32,000 nucleotides of DNA from Alkanindiges sp. WGS2144 (GTDB lineage: Bacteria > Pseudomonadota > Gammaproteobacteria > Pseudomonadales > Moraxellaceae): NCBI RefSeq assembly GCF_043950625.1, contig NZ_CP171007.1; one strand, 5' to 3'. Positions within the stretch are counted from its first letter, which is position 1. Each line of letters starts with the position of its first letter. The notes beneath the pieces were generated by a model that did no database searches, was not told the DNA's origin, and worked only from the letters and a program-made list of their open reading frames with translations. Positions 6,174 to 14,479 of this stretch are shown piece after piece. The translations under genes and the position numbers were made by a program.

Positions 6174-6461
6174 ATGCTTGTAGAATTGATTGATGCTGCT
6201 AAAGATAAGTTAGGAAGCTATGGCAAGGTAGCAAAATCATGCGACGTTAGACCGTCTAGAATATCGGAATGGAAATCAGGTGTAGTAAAACCCAGCCCAT
6301 ACCATATTTGCTTAATGGCTGATATTGCTGGTTTAAATGTAGCAGATACTTTATTTCAGGTATTAAAAAGCCTCGACACTGAACATGCCGAGGCTTTTGA
6401 AATATGGCGTCCCTACGGGGATTCGAACCCCGGTTACCGCCGTGAAAGGGCGATGTCCTAG
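6174..6461 (+). CDS. Cro/CI/YdaS-like helix-turn-helix regulator (candidate prophage repressor); the 3' end reads into tRNA-Glu
   Basis: The RBS AAGAGG (6161..6166) precedes ATG 6174. The product MLVELIDAAKDKLGSYGKVAKSCDVRPSRISEWKSGVVKPSPYHICLMADIAG resembles the xxISxWxxGxxxPS HTH pattern of Cro/YdaS-type regulators. The upstream ATG 6114 lies inside the operator array and is less likely. The last ~19 codons are antisense to the tRNA and are unlikely to be native. Confidence 0.65.
   Translation: MLVELIDAAKDKLGSYGKVAKSCDVRPSRISEWKSGVVKPSPYHICLMADIAGLNVADTLFQVLKSLDTEHAEAFEIWRPYGDSNPGYRRERAMS
6361..6400 (-). terminator. Bidirectional rho-independent terminator just 3' of tRNA-Glu
   Basis: The stem AAAAGCCTCG (6366..6375) pairs with CGAGGCTTTT (6389..6398). 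On the minus strand it is followed by TTTTTAATA, and on the plus strand by TTTTGAAAT. Confidence 0.6.
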
Positions 6462-6480
6462 GCCTCTAGACGATAGGGAC
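6405..6480 (-). tRNA. tRNA-Glu (anticodon UUC), 76 nt with encoded CCA
   Basis: The reverse complement is GTCCCTATCGTCTAGAGGCCTAGGACATCGCCCTTTCACGGCGGTAACCGGGGTTCGAATCCCCGTAGGGACGCCA. It has the cloverleaf arms, anticodon loop CU-UUC-AC and T-loop GGTTCGAATCC, and is near-identical in layout to enterobacterial tRNA-Glu. Confidence 0.95.
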
Positions 6481-6481
6481 T

Positions 6482-6557
6482 TGGTGGAGTTAAGCGGGAT
6501 CGAACCGCTGACCTCTACAATGCCATTGTAGCGCTCTACCAACTGAGCTATAACCCC
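6482..6557 (-). tRNA. tRNA-Ala (anticodon GGC), 76 nt with encoded CCA
   Basis: The reverse complement is GGGGTTATAGCTCAGTTGGTAGAGCGCTACAATGGCATTGTAGAGGTCAGCGGTTCGATCCCGCTTAACTCCACCA. The G3:U70 identity pair is present and the anticodon loop carries GGC. Only 1 nt separates its CCA end from the 5' end of tRNA-Glu. Confidence 0.95.
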
Positions 6558-6568
6558 ATGGGTTGCAA

Positions 6569-6597
6569 ATCTTAGTGATTGAAGCCTGGACTGTCAA
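6569..6597 (-). promoter_or_regulatory. Sigma-70-type promoter of the tRNA-Ala/tRNA-Glu operon
   Basis: On the minus strand, TTGACA (6597..6592) is followed by a 17-nt spacer and TAAGAT (6574..6569). An A/T-rich segment lies upstream, and the tRNA-Ala 5' end (6557) is about 12 nt downstream of the -10 element. Confidence 0.6.
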
Positions 6598-6612
6598 TCA
6601 AAAAATAGCAAA

Positions 6613-8118
6613 TTAGCTGTCATCTGCTGGATTTTTCGGCGCTTGCAGGCTGTCATTAAGCTTCTGCCAGGCCTTGGTTTCATTTTTACTGACTCCGCCC
6701 AGCACTTCCAGGGCATGGCGCAAGCGGGCAAAGCTTAAGTCAGCCCCTAGAGTCGCCATAGACTCCATCACAGGCGTACTGCTGGTAGACCCGGCAATAG
6801 CAATAAAAAACGCGGGCATAAAGTCACGCAGTTTAATGCCCATTTGCTCAGCCAGCGTCATCAGTGTCTGGCTAATAGTGTCCTTGTTCCAGTTGCTTAA
6901 GTTTTCCAGCCGCCATAAGGCCAGTTGCAGGCTCATGCGTACCTGTTCTTCACTTAATTTTTTGCTGGCAAACTGTTCCCTGCTAATATTGGGCAAACCA
7001 TTAAAGAAAAAGCCCGCCCAGTTAACGGCATCCGATAAGCGATTGATGCGTGGTTGAATGGCTGCTGCAACCTGCTCAAGTTTGTCGCGCGATCCCGCCC
7101 AGTTTAAAATTTTATCCAGCAATTGTGCCGGGCTTAAGCCTTTAATCCACTGACCATTGAGCCAGTTTAACTTTTCTACATCAAAAATTGGCCCACCCAG
7201 AGACACGCGCTTGATATCAAAATTGCCAATCATCTCATCTAGGGTAAATTGTTCGCGTTCATCCGGCATTGACCAGCCCATGCGACCTAAATAATTCAGC
7301 AGTGCTTCAGGCAAAATACCGATATCACGATAATAAGTAATGCTGGTGGGATTTTTGCGCTTGGATAGCTTGGATTTATCCGTGTTTCTTAGCAGCGGCA
7401 TATGGCACAGTACCGGCATATCCCAGCCAAAATACTGGTATAGCAGCTGGTGCTTGGGTGCGGATGGGATCCATTCTTCACCGCGGATCACATGAGTAAT
7501 CTGCATTAAGTGATCATCAACCACGTTGGCCAGATGATAAGTAGGCAGACCATCAGTTTTCAGCAGAATCTGCATATCCACCTGCTGCCAGGGAATTTCA
7601 ATCACGCCGCGTAGCATATCGTCAATTTGACAAATACCGTCTTCGGGGATTTTCATACGGATCACATGGGGTTCACCAGCTGCCAGACGCTGCTGTACTT
7701 CCTGTTCAGAGAGCTTGAGACCCCGGCCATCATATTTGGGTGTTTCGCCACGGGCCTGCTGTTCAGTCCGCATTTGGTCCAGTTCTTCACTGCTGGCAAA
7801 GCAATAAAACGCATGTCCTTTTTGTACCAGCTGTTCGGCGTATTGCCGATAAATGTGCATGCGTTCACTCTGACGATACGGTGCATGCGGCCCACCCACA
7901 TCTGGTCCTTCGCTCCAGCTTAAACCCAGCCAGCGCAGGGAGTTTAGGATCATTTGCTCAGATTCTGGGGTAGAGCGAAGCTGGTCGGTGTCTTCAATTC
8001 TTAAAATAAACTCACCGCCGTGCTGTTTGGCAAAGCACAGGTTAAACAGAGCAATATAGGCAGTACCAACATGCGGAAAGCCGGTTGGGGAAGGTGCAAT
8101 ACGGGTACGGACAGTCAT
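6613..8118 (-). CDS. gltX: Glutamate--tRNA ligase (glutamyl-tRNA synthetase)
   Basis: The 501-aa product has the class I HIGH-type motif [12 protein letters not shown] and the KMSKS-type motif KLSKR. The N-terminus RIAPSPTG...LRIEDTD is typical of GltX. Confidence 0.97.
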   Translation of the reverse strand: MTVRTRIAPSPTGFPHVGTAYIALFNLCFAKQHGGEFILRIEDTDQLRSTPESEQMILNSLRWLGLSWSEGPDVGGPHAPYRQSERMHIYRQYAEQLVQKGHAFYCFASSEELDQMRTEQQARGETPKYDGRGLKLSEQEVQQRLAAGEPHVIRMKIPEDGICQIDDMLRGVIEIPWQQVDMQILLKTDGLPTYHLANVVDDHLMQITHVIRGEEWIPSAPKHQLLYQYFGWDMPVLCHMPLLRNTDKSKLSKRKNPTSITYYRDIGILPEALLNYLGRMGWSMPDEREQFTLDEMIGNFDIKRVSLGGPIFDVEKLNWLNGQWIKGLSPAQLLDKILNWAGSRDKLEQVAAAIQPRINRLSDAVNWAGFFFNGLPNISREQFASKKLSEEQVRMSLQLALWRLENLSNWNKDTISQTLMTLAEQMGIKLRDFMPAFFIAIAGSTSSTPVMESMATLGADLSFARLRHALEVLGGVSKNETKAWQKLNDSLQAPKNPADDS

Positions 8119-8391
8119 GGTCAGAATATAATAAATTTCAGGAGTTGGCTGGATTATAGCGAAAAAATAACGTCGCCGCTGAGCGATATGAATATGCTGC
8201 TAACAGACAGGCTGGCAGGAAAAAACAGGCTAAAAATGGTGAAACTATAGGCAACCAGTGTGACAGGATATTAAAATAATCCACCATGCTACAAAAAGTT
8301 GCTTTGCCTGCAAGCAATAGCGCATGATAATGTGCAGCGTTTTGACTGTGTATTTTCTTCGTTTATATTCTTTTTTTTAAAGTGTTATTGT

Positions 8392-9300
8392 ATGTCGCAT
8401 GTTTCGGTGCTACTTGATGAAACCATTGACGCCCTGCTAAATGGGCGTAGCACTGGCGTTTATGTCGATGCTACCTTTGGCCGTGGCGGGCATGCACAGG
8501 CTCTGCTACAACGCCTTGATTCATGCAGTCAGGTTATTGCTTTTGATAAGGATCCACAAGCGCAGGCGGCAGGTGCAGCGTTGCGGGCACAGGATGGGCG
8601 CTTGCTGATGGTACATGCCAGTTTTGGGCAGTTGCAGGAACAGCTTGGCTGTCTTGGTATCACGCAGGTAGATGGTGTGATGGCCGATCTGGGAGTGTCC
8701 TCGCCGCAGCTGGATCAGGCTGAGCGCGGTTTTAGCTTTATGCAGGATGGTCCGCTGGATATGCGTATGGACAATAGCAAAGGCCAGACCGCCGCAGAGT
8801 GGTTACAGGATATTGATGAAGAAGATCTGGCTAATGTGCTGTTTCAGTATGGCGAAGAACGCTATAGTCGCCGCATTGCCAGAGCGATTAAGCAGGTGGG
8901 ATGGATTGAAACCACTGGCCAGCTGGCACAAATTGTCAAGGACGCACATCCCAAATGGGAAAAACACAAGCATCCGGCAACACGCAGTTTTCAGGCCATT
9001 CGGATTGCGGTTAATCATGAGCTGGATGATTTACAGGTATTTTTACCACAGGCAGTACAAGTATTAAAGCCACAGGGAAGGTTGGCAGTGATAAGCTTTC
9101 ATTCACTTGAAGACCGGGCGGTCAAACAGTTTATTCAGCAGCAGTCGAGCCTGCCGGAGCAACAGGGCTGGCTACCGGATGCGCCGGATCAGCGCACCCT
9201 CAAAAAAATTGCCCGGGTTGCCCCTGACCCGCAGGAAGTAAAGGACAATCCCCGCGCCCGCAGTGCATGGTTGCGTGTGGCTGAGCGCTTGGAGCATTAG
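8392..9300 (+). CDS. rsmH: 16S rRNA (cytosine1402-N4)-methyltransferase RsmH (MraW)
   Basis: The product reads MSHVSVLLDETIDAL...DATFGRGGH...GVSSPQLD...RGFSF...DMRMD. The track ORF starts at TTG 8299, but the conserved N-terminus begins at ATG 8392. Confidence 0.95.
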   Translation: MSHVSVLLDETIDALLNGRSTGVYVDATFGRGGHAQALLQRLDSCSQVIAFDKDPQAQAAGAALRAQDGRLLMVHASFGQLQEQLGCLGITQVDGVMADLGVSSPQLDQAERGFSFMQDGPLDMRMDNSKGQTAAEWLQDIDEEDLANVLFQYGEERYSRRIARAIKQVGWIETTGQLAQIVKDAHPKWEKHKHPATRSFQAIRIAVNHELDDLQVFLPQAVQVLKPQGRLAVISFHSLEDRAVKQFIQQQSSLPEQQGWLPDAPDQRTLKKIARVAPDPQEVKDNPRARSAWLRVAERLEH

Positions 9301-9302
9301 GC

Positions 9303-9611
9303 ATGGCAGGCAAACGGCTTGTTCAAAACATAGCATTAAAACACTGGTTATTGCCTGGCTTGCTGGTGGTGGTGCTGGTTGGTAGTGCCATGAGCGTTGT
9401 GCATCAGGTATTCCTGTACCGGGAAGAGTTTAAACAGTTACAGAAGGTCAGGTCACAGCGTGAAAAACTGGATGTAGAGTGGAGCCGTTTGCTGATTGAA
9501 CAGCAGACCTTTGGCGCTACGCCGCAAATTGGCGGACGAGCTGTTATTTCACTACGCATGTATTCGCCGCCGCCATCACAAACGGTGGTGCTGGCTACAC
9601 CTTCCTCGTAG
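9303..9611 (+). CDS. ftsL: Cell division protein FtsL
   Basis: The 102-aa bitopic protein has one TM helix followed by a coiled-coil-like region (EFKQLQKVRSQREKLDVEWSRLLIEQ). It sits between rsmH and ftsI. Confidence 0.85.
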   Translation: MAGKRLVQNIALKHWLLPGLLVVVLVGSAMSVVHQVFLYREEFKQLQKVRSQREKLDVEWSRLLIEQQTFGATPQIGGRAVISLRMYSPPPSQTVVLATPSS

Positions 9612-9627
9612 CAGGGCTTGTGATTCA

Positions 9628-11463
9628 ATGAAAAAAAACATTCTTGCCCCCTTACAAAAAAAACGCACCCGGCAGCGTTCGGTCTCCCAAAAGCCCAGTC
9701 TTGCGGTGGATTTATGGCGCTTTAAGCTGCTATGGGTTGCAGTAGGGCTATTTTTTACCATTCTGGTGAGCCGGGCGTTTTATGTGCAGGTGCTGGATCA
9801 TCAGTTTTTGCAGAAAAAAGCCGATGCCATGATTTTGCGTACCGATACTTTGAAAGCGACCCGAGGTGTCATTAGCGACCGTAACGGGGTGCCGCTTGCC
9901 ATCAGTACACCGATGGTTAATTTGTGGATGGATCCCAAGGAGTATTTTGAGGCGCTGGACGAGCATCGTGAGATTGAGCAAAAACTCAAGCTTGACCCGG
10001 ACAATGCACGGTTAAAACGGCAACTGGCAAAAACCAATTTTGATCTGGATGCGCTGGCTGATGCGATTGGAGAAGATCGCAAAGCGATTAAGGCACAGGT
10101 TGAACAAAAAAGAAAGTCGCGCTATCTGGTACTTAAGCGGCAGTTGCCACCACCTACGGCCAAAGTAGTGCTTAGCCGCAAGTTTCAGTCGGTTTACCCG
10201 GAAAATGACTTTAAACGCTACTATCCGCAGGCACAGCCCAATGCGCAGATTCTTGGCATCACCAACCGTAATGGCATTGGGGTTGAAGGGCTGGAAATGG
10301 CCTGGAATAAAGCGCTGGCAGGTGAAGATGGCAAAATGCGTGTGATGCGTGACCGGCGCGGTAACCGGATCAAGGATGTTGAGCTCATCAAGGCAGAAAC
10401 ACCCGGTAAAGACATTGCCTTAAGTATTGATTCACGCCTGCAATACATTATGTATCGTGAGCTGACCGCCGCAGGAATTGCCAATAATGCCCGCTCGGCA
10501 ACTGCTGTGGCTGTCGATGTAAAAACTGGTGAAATTCTGGCCATGACCAGCTGGCCTTCATTTAATCCCAATGATCCACAAGGGTTAGACAACAAGGATG
10601 CCATGCGCAACCGTGCTGCTATTGATATGTTTGAGCCCGGTTCCACCATGAAACCCATTTCCATGATGGCTGCTTTGGAAACCGGCAAGTGGCAGATTAG
10701 CGATACAGTCAACACCCATCCCGGCAGCATGATGATCGGCAACCACCTGATTCGCGATACCCACAACTACGGTCTGCTGGATATGCGTGGCATTATTGTC
10801 AAATCATCCAACGTGGGAATTGCCAAAATTGCCCTGTCACTGCCATACAGCACCATGCCAACCTTTTTTAAGCGTTTGGGTTATGGACGGCGCACAGCAG
10901 TTAACTTCCCGGGTGAAAGTCCGGGACTGATTCTGCCCTCTTCAAAATGGAAAATCTCGGAAGTAGGCACCATGTCTTACGGCTATAGCTTAAATGCAAC
11001 TGCCATGCAGGTGGCGCAAGCTTATGCCACGGTTGCCAATCATGGAATTTTTCATCCGCTGAGCCTTAAAAAACTGGAACAGGTTCCCAAAGGGGAGCAG
11101 CTCATTGATCCCAAAATTGCCAATGAGGTGCTCAGTATGATGGAAGGAGTGGTTGAACCAGGGGGTACAGCTACACGGGCACAAATTCCGGGCTACCGGG
11201 TAGCAGGTAAAACCGGAACGGCACGTAAACTGGTCAATGGCCGCTACTCTACTACGGAGTACCGGGCGCTGTTTGCCGGTATTGCACCGGTGAGTGATCC
11301 GCGTATTGCCATGGTGGTGGTGGTTGAAAACCCGGTCACCAAGTACGGCGGACTGGCAGCAGCACCGGCTTTTAGTAAAATTATGCAGGAATCCCTGCGC
11401 CTGTTAAATGTACCGCTGGACAAGCCGCTGGATGCTGTATCCCAAGCGGCCAAGGCCTCCTGA
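9628..11463 (+). CDS. ftsI: Peptidoglycan D,D-transpeptidase FtsI (PBP3)
   Basis: It starts at ATG 9628 (MKKNILAPLQKK...), because the track's upstream extension overlaps ftsL. It carries the STMKP (SxxK), SSN and KTGT motifs. Confidence 0.95.
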   Translation: MKKNILAPLQKKRTRQRSVSQKPSLAVDLWRFKLLWVAVGLFFTILVSRAFYVQVLDHQFLQKKADAMILRTDTLKATRGVISDRNGVPLAISTPMVNLWMDPKEYFEALDEHREIEQKLKLDPDNARLKRQLAKTNFDLDALADAIGEDRKAIKAQVEQKRKSRYLVLKRQLPPPTAKVVLSRKFQSVYPENDFKRYYPQAQPNAQILGITNRNGIGVEGLEMAWNKALAGEDGKMRVMRDRRGNRIKDVELIKAETPGKDIALSIDSRLQYIMYRELTAAGIANNARSATAVAVDVKTGEILAMTSWPSFNPNDPQGLDNKDAMRNRAAIDMFEPGSTMKPISMMAALETGKWQISDTVNTHPGSMMIGNHLIRDTHNYGLLDMRGIIVKSSNVGIAKIALSLPYSTMPTFFKRLGYGRRTAVNFPGESPGLILPSSKWKISEVGTMSYGYSLNATAMQVAQAYATVANHGIFHPLSLKKLEQVPKGEQLIDPKIANEVLSMMEGVVEPGGTATRAQIPGYRVAGKTGTARKLVNGRYSTTEYRALFAGIAPVSDPRIAMVVVVENPVTKYGGLAAAPAFSKIMQESLRLLNVPLDKPLDAVSQAAKAS

Positions 11464-11480
11464 TCACCTTTGGATGCTAA

Positions 11481-12998
11481 ATGATCATGCCAATGACCTT
11501 ATCTGAGCTATGGCCTGAACAGGCTCAACCGACCTGGCCAGCGCAGCCTGTGCGTCAACTGGTTTTAGACAGTCGTCAGGTACAGCCGGGTGATGTATTT
11601 GTCGCCCTGAAAGGCAATACCCAGGCTGACCGTATCAGCGAATTTGTGCAGGCCGCTTTAAGCCAGGGTGCAATTGCGATATTGACTGAAGTGCCCCTGT
11701 CCGGTTTTAGCCAGCAAGCGGTGTTTTATTGTCCTGATGTGCGCCAGTGGATAGGAGTATTGACGCAACGCCTGCTACAGGCTCAGTCTGCATGCAGGCT
11801 GCCACAGATTGCTGCTGTGACCGGTACCAATGGTAAAACCACCATCAGCCGCTTACTGGCCGAACTACTGTGGCAAAGTGGTCATAGCAGTGCAGTCATG
11901 GGAACCACAGGCAACGGGATCCTGCCGCATATTGAGCCATCCAGCCATACCACAGTCGATGCGATCCAGTTACAGCAGCAGTTATACCAGTTTGCGTGCG
12001 GGGGTGCGCAATATGTGTGTCTGGAAGCCAGCTCACATGGACTGGATCAGGGCAGGCTGGCTGGCACGCCTGTCAAGCTTGCTATTTTTAGCAACCTGAC
12101 CCGTGATCATCTGGATTATCATGGCACACTGGAAAACTATGCTCAGGCCAAAGCCAAATTATTTGCGTTTGCTAGCCTGGAATATGCCATTTTAAATCAG
12201 GATGATCCGGCATGGCTGACCATGCAAAAGCAGGTCATGCAGCAGCAGAGGCTACCTTTGGTCTGGACCTATTCAGTGCAGCATTCACAGGCGGACTTTT
12301 ATGTACAGCAGGTGAAATATACGCTTGGCGGTGCCCAGCTTGAGCTTAAAACCCCGCTAGGTCTGTTAATGGTGCATAGCCCGCTACTGGGGCATTTTAA
12401 TGTATCCAACCTGATTGCAGTCATTGCCGCAGCCATGGCATTTGGCCTCAGCATCGCGCAAATTCAGCAGGCAGTGCCAAAATTACAGGGCGCACCGGGC
12501 CGTATGCAGGTGGTTCACGATAAATCACGGTTGTTTGTGGTGGATTATGCCCATACGCCTGATGCGCTGACTCAGGTGTTAAGTAGCCTCAGGCATCATC
12601 TGGCAGCCAAAGCCCGCTTATGGGTAGTGTTTGGTTGTGGAGGTAACCGCGATCGTGGCAAGCGCCCTTTAATGACTCAGACTGCGCTGGCACTGGCAGA
12701 CCATGTGGTGCTTACGGCAGATAATCCGCGTCATGAACAGGTCGAACAAATTCTGGTGGACATGATGCAGGGTATGAGTGCCGGCCAGCAGCAGAAACTG
12801 GTGGTACAGCCAGATCGGCGGCTGGCCATTGGCACAGTCGTAAAGCATGCCCAGCCGCAGGATATTGTGGTGATTGCTGGCAAGGGGCATGAGGATTATC
12901 AGGAAATTGATGGGGTGCGGCACTGGTTTGATGATGTGGTGGAATTAAAAGCCGCTTTAAGCTTAAATAATCCACCGCAAAACAGCTATCCGGCCTAG
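11481..12998 (+). CDS. murE: UDP-N-acetylmuramoyl-L-alanyl-D-glutamate--2,6-diaminopimelate ligase
   Basis: It has the Mur ligase P-loop GTNGKTT and the DNPR motif associated with meso-DAP specificity, and sits at the expected dcw position. Confidence 0.95.
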   Translation: MIMPMTLSELWPEQAQPTWPAQPVRQLVLDSRQVQPGDVFVALKGNTQADRISEFVQAALSQGAIAILTEVPLSGFSQQAVFYCPDVRQWIGVLTQRLLQAQSACRLPQIAAVTGTNGKTTISRLLAELLWQSGHSSAVMGTTGNGILPHIEPSSHTTVDAIQLQQQLYQFACGGAQYVCLEASSHGLDQGRLAGTPVKLAIFSNLTRDHLDYHGTLENYAQAKAKLFAFASLEYAILNQDDPAWLTMQKQVMQQQRLPLVWTYSVQHSQADFYVQQVKYTLGGAQLELKTPLGLLMVHSPLLGHFNVSNLIAVIAAAMAFGLSIAQIQQAVPKLQGAPGRMQVVHDKSRLFVVDYAHTPDALTQVLSSLRHHLAAKARLWVVFGCGGNRDRGKRPLMTQTALALADHVVLTADNPRHEQVEQILVDMMQGMSAGQQQKLVVQPDRRLAIGTVVKHAQPQDIVVIAGKGHEDYQEIDGVRHWFDDVVELKAALSLNNPPQNSYPA

Positions 12999-13030
12999 GC
13001 AATTATTTTAAGTATGACAATGAGTAATCC

Positions 13031-14479
13031 ATGAGCCATTCACAGCATCTACCGGATACGCAACCACTGCCGCCCTGGAGCAGTGAACAGCTGCAACAAG
13101 CTACGCAGGGAAGCTGGCTAAACCTGGCAAACGCGCAGCAATTTGCCCGCATTAGCACCGATACCCGTCAGGTTCAGCCACGGGATATTTTTCTGGCACT
13201 GGTCGGTGAGCGTTTTGATGGCCATGAGTTTGTGGCAGATGCAGTGGCAAAGGGTGCAAGTGCGGTAATTGTTTCCCATCCTGTTGCTTCACTTAACGTA
13301 CCACAGCTGGTGGTAGAAGATACCCGTCTGGCTCTGGGGCAGCTTGGTGCCTATCGCCGTCAGCAATATCCACACCTTACTGTGCTGGCTCTAACCGGCA
13401 GTAGTGGCAAAACTACTGTTAAAGAAATGCTGGGTAGTATTCTGAGTGAACTGGCACCTACTCTGGTAACACGTGGCAATTTAAATAACGATCTGGGTGT
13501 TCCCATGATGCTGCTGGAGCTACTGGCTGAGCACCGTTATGCCGTGATGGAACTGGGCGCCAACCATGTGGGGGAGATTGACTATACCTCAGGTCTGGTA
13601 CAGCCACAGGTGGCTGGTGTGCTCAATATTGGTACAGCACATATGGGCGAGTTTGGTGGTCGCGTAGGGATTGCCAAGGCCAAATCCGAGATTTTTAATC
13701 ATTTGCAAGCTTATGACCATAATAAAGCCATTGCCATTGTGCCAGCGCAGGGTGATTTTAGTGAGCTTGTACAGCAGGCCGCTGCCAGGCACCGTACCAT
13801 TACGTTTGGCGTAGGTGGACAAGTGCATGCCGAGCAGGTTGAGCTATATGCCAGTAGTAGCACTTTTAATCTGGTGACGCCGCAAGGGCAGGTTTTTATC
13901 CAGCTTCCGTTTGCCGGCCAGCATAATATTGACAACGCCCTGGCCGCAGCCAGCTTTGCGCTGGCTGTGAATGTCCCGTTATCCACTATTGCCCAGGGAT
14001 TGAGCAAAGCACAGGGAGCGCAGGGGCGTTTAAGTTTCAAACAACAGGGTAACTGGCTGATTATTGATGACACCTACAATGCCAACCCGCACTCCATGCG
14101 TGCAGCCGCGCAGGTACTGGCTGCACAGCCGGGCAGAAAAATTCTGGTACTTGGTGATATTGGCGAACTGGGCGATGCAGCGGTTGCTGAGCATGTTGCG
14201 CTGGGTAAAGATTTGGCCAGACTGCCGCTGAGTGCCGTATTTGCCGTGGGCGAGTTCGCCTCATATACCATTGCCGGATTGCAATCACAAGCCAGCAATA
14301 TCAATGCGCGGGCTTTTAGGCAAAAGACTGAGTTGCTTCAGCAGTTACAGCAGTTTTTGGCACAATTCGGGCAATCATCAGCCAGTTTATTATTCAAGGG
14401 CTCGCGCTCTACCAGAATGGAAAGCCTGATTGCCGATCTGCTTGCTGGTGCAGTTTCTGATTCGGGGGAAAATACATAA
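13031..14479 (+). CDS. murF: UDP-N-acetylmuramoyl-tripeptide--D-alanyl-D-alanine ligase
   Basis: It has the Mur ligase P-loop TGSSGKTT and DDTYNANP, and sits at the expected dcw position. Its stop overlaps the mraY ATG (TAATG). Confidence 0.95.
   Translation: MSHSQHLPDTQPLPPWSSEQLQQATQGSWLNLANAQQFARISTDTRQVQPRDIFLALVGERFDGHEFVADAVAKGASAVIVSHPVASLNVPQLVVEDTRLALGQLGAYRRQQYPHLTVLALTGSSGKTTVKEMLGSILSELAPTLVTRGNLNNDLGVPMMLLELLAEHRYAVMELGANHVGEIDYTSGLVQPQVAGVLNIGTAHMGEFGGRVGIAKAKSEIFNHLQAYDHNKAIAIVPAQGDFSELVQQAAARHRTITFGVGGQVHAEQVELYASSSTFNLVTPQGQVFIQLPFAGQHNIDNALAAASFALAVNVPLSTIAQGLSKAQGAQGRLSFKQQGNWLIIDDTYNANPHSMRAAAQVLAAQPGRKILVLGDIGELGDAAVAEHVALGKDLARLPLSAVFAVGEFASYTIAGLQSQASNINARAFRQKTELLQQLQQFLAQFGQSSASLLFKGSRSTRMESLIADLLAGAVSDSGENT

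Larger units (their letters stand above)
1..6404. mobile_element. Filamentous (Inovirus-type) prophage segment abutting tRNA-Glu; the left end lies beyond the window
   Basis: There is a contiguous minus-strand module: Rep_trans-like initiator, 98-aa protein, 64-aa TM protein, 79-aa coat-like protein, 620-aa adsorption-like protein, 92-aa TM protein, Zot-type P-loop ATPase. It is preceded by a divergent HTH gene and an operator-like repeat array. The region ends at the 3' end of tRNA-Glu (6405). The tRNA-side boundary is inferred, because no second att copy is visible in the window. Confidence 0.8.

Noticed and set aside
6062-6404. Possibility that the phage integrated by XerCD at a dif-like site, as CTXphi does.
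   Set aside because: I could not find a dif-like 28-mer (two ~11-bp arms around a 6-bp centre resembling ...ATAA-N6-TTATGTTAA...) near the junction. The junction is at a tRNA 3' end instead. I cannot exclude a site outside the window.
8153-8158. A perfect TATAAT (minus strand) upstream of gltX as its -10 element.
   Set aside because: No acceptable -35 element lies at 16-18 nt spacing and there is no TG extension. It is plausible but too weakly supported to list as a feature.
8299-8391. N-terminal extensions given by the ORF track for rsmH (8299). The same issue applies to ftsI (9496), rlmA (15676), pilQ (22304) and the SPOR-like gene (26306).
   Set aside because: The extensions overlap upstream genes or intergenic signals and encode non-conserved junk. 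The conserved N-termini begin at internal ATGs 8392, 9628, 15772, 22394 and 26312.
10221-10766. The 181-aa minus-strand ORF inside ftsI. Similar long antisense ORFs occur in pilQ (23599..24180), murF (13711..14073), ponA (16815..17243), the SPOR-like gene (27034..27342) and gltB (30527..30838, 31306..31632).
   Set aside because: All lie fully within confidently identified genes on the opposite strand. They have Ser/Arg/Leu/Pro-rich compositions typical of antisense frames, and none has start signals.
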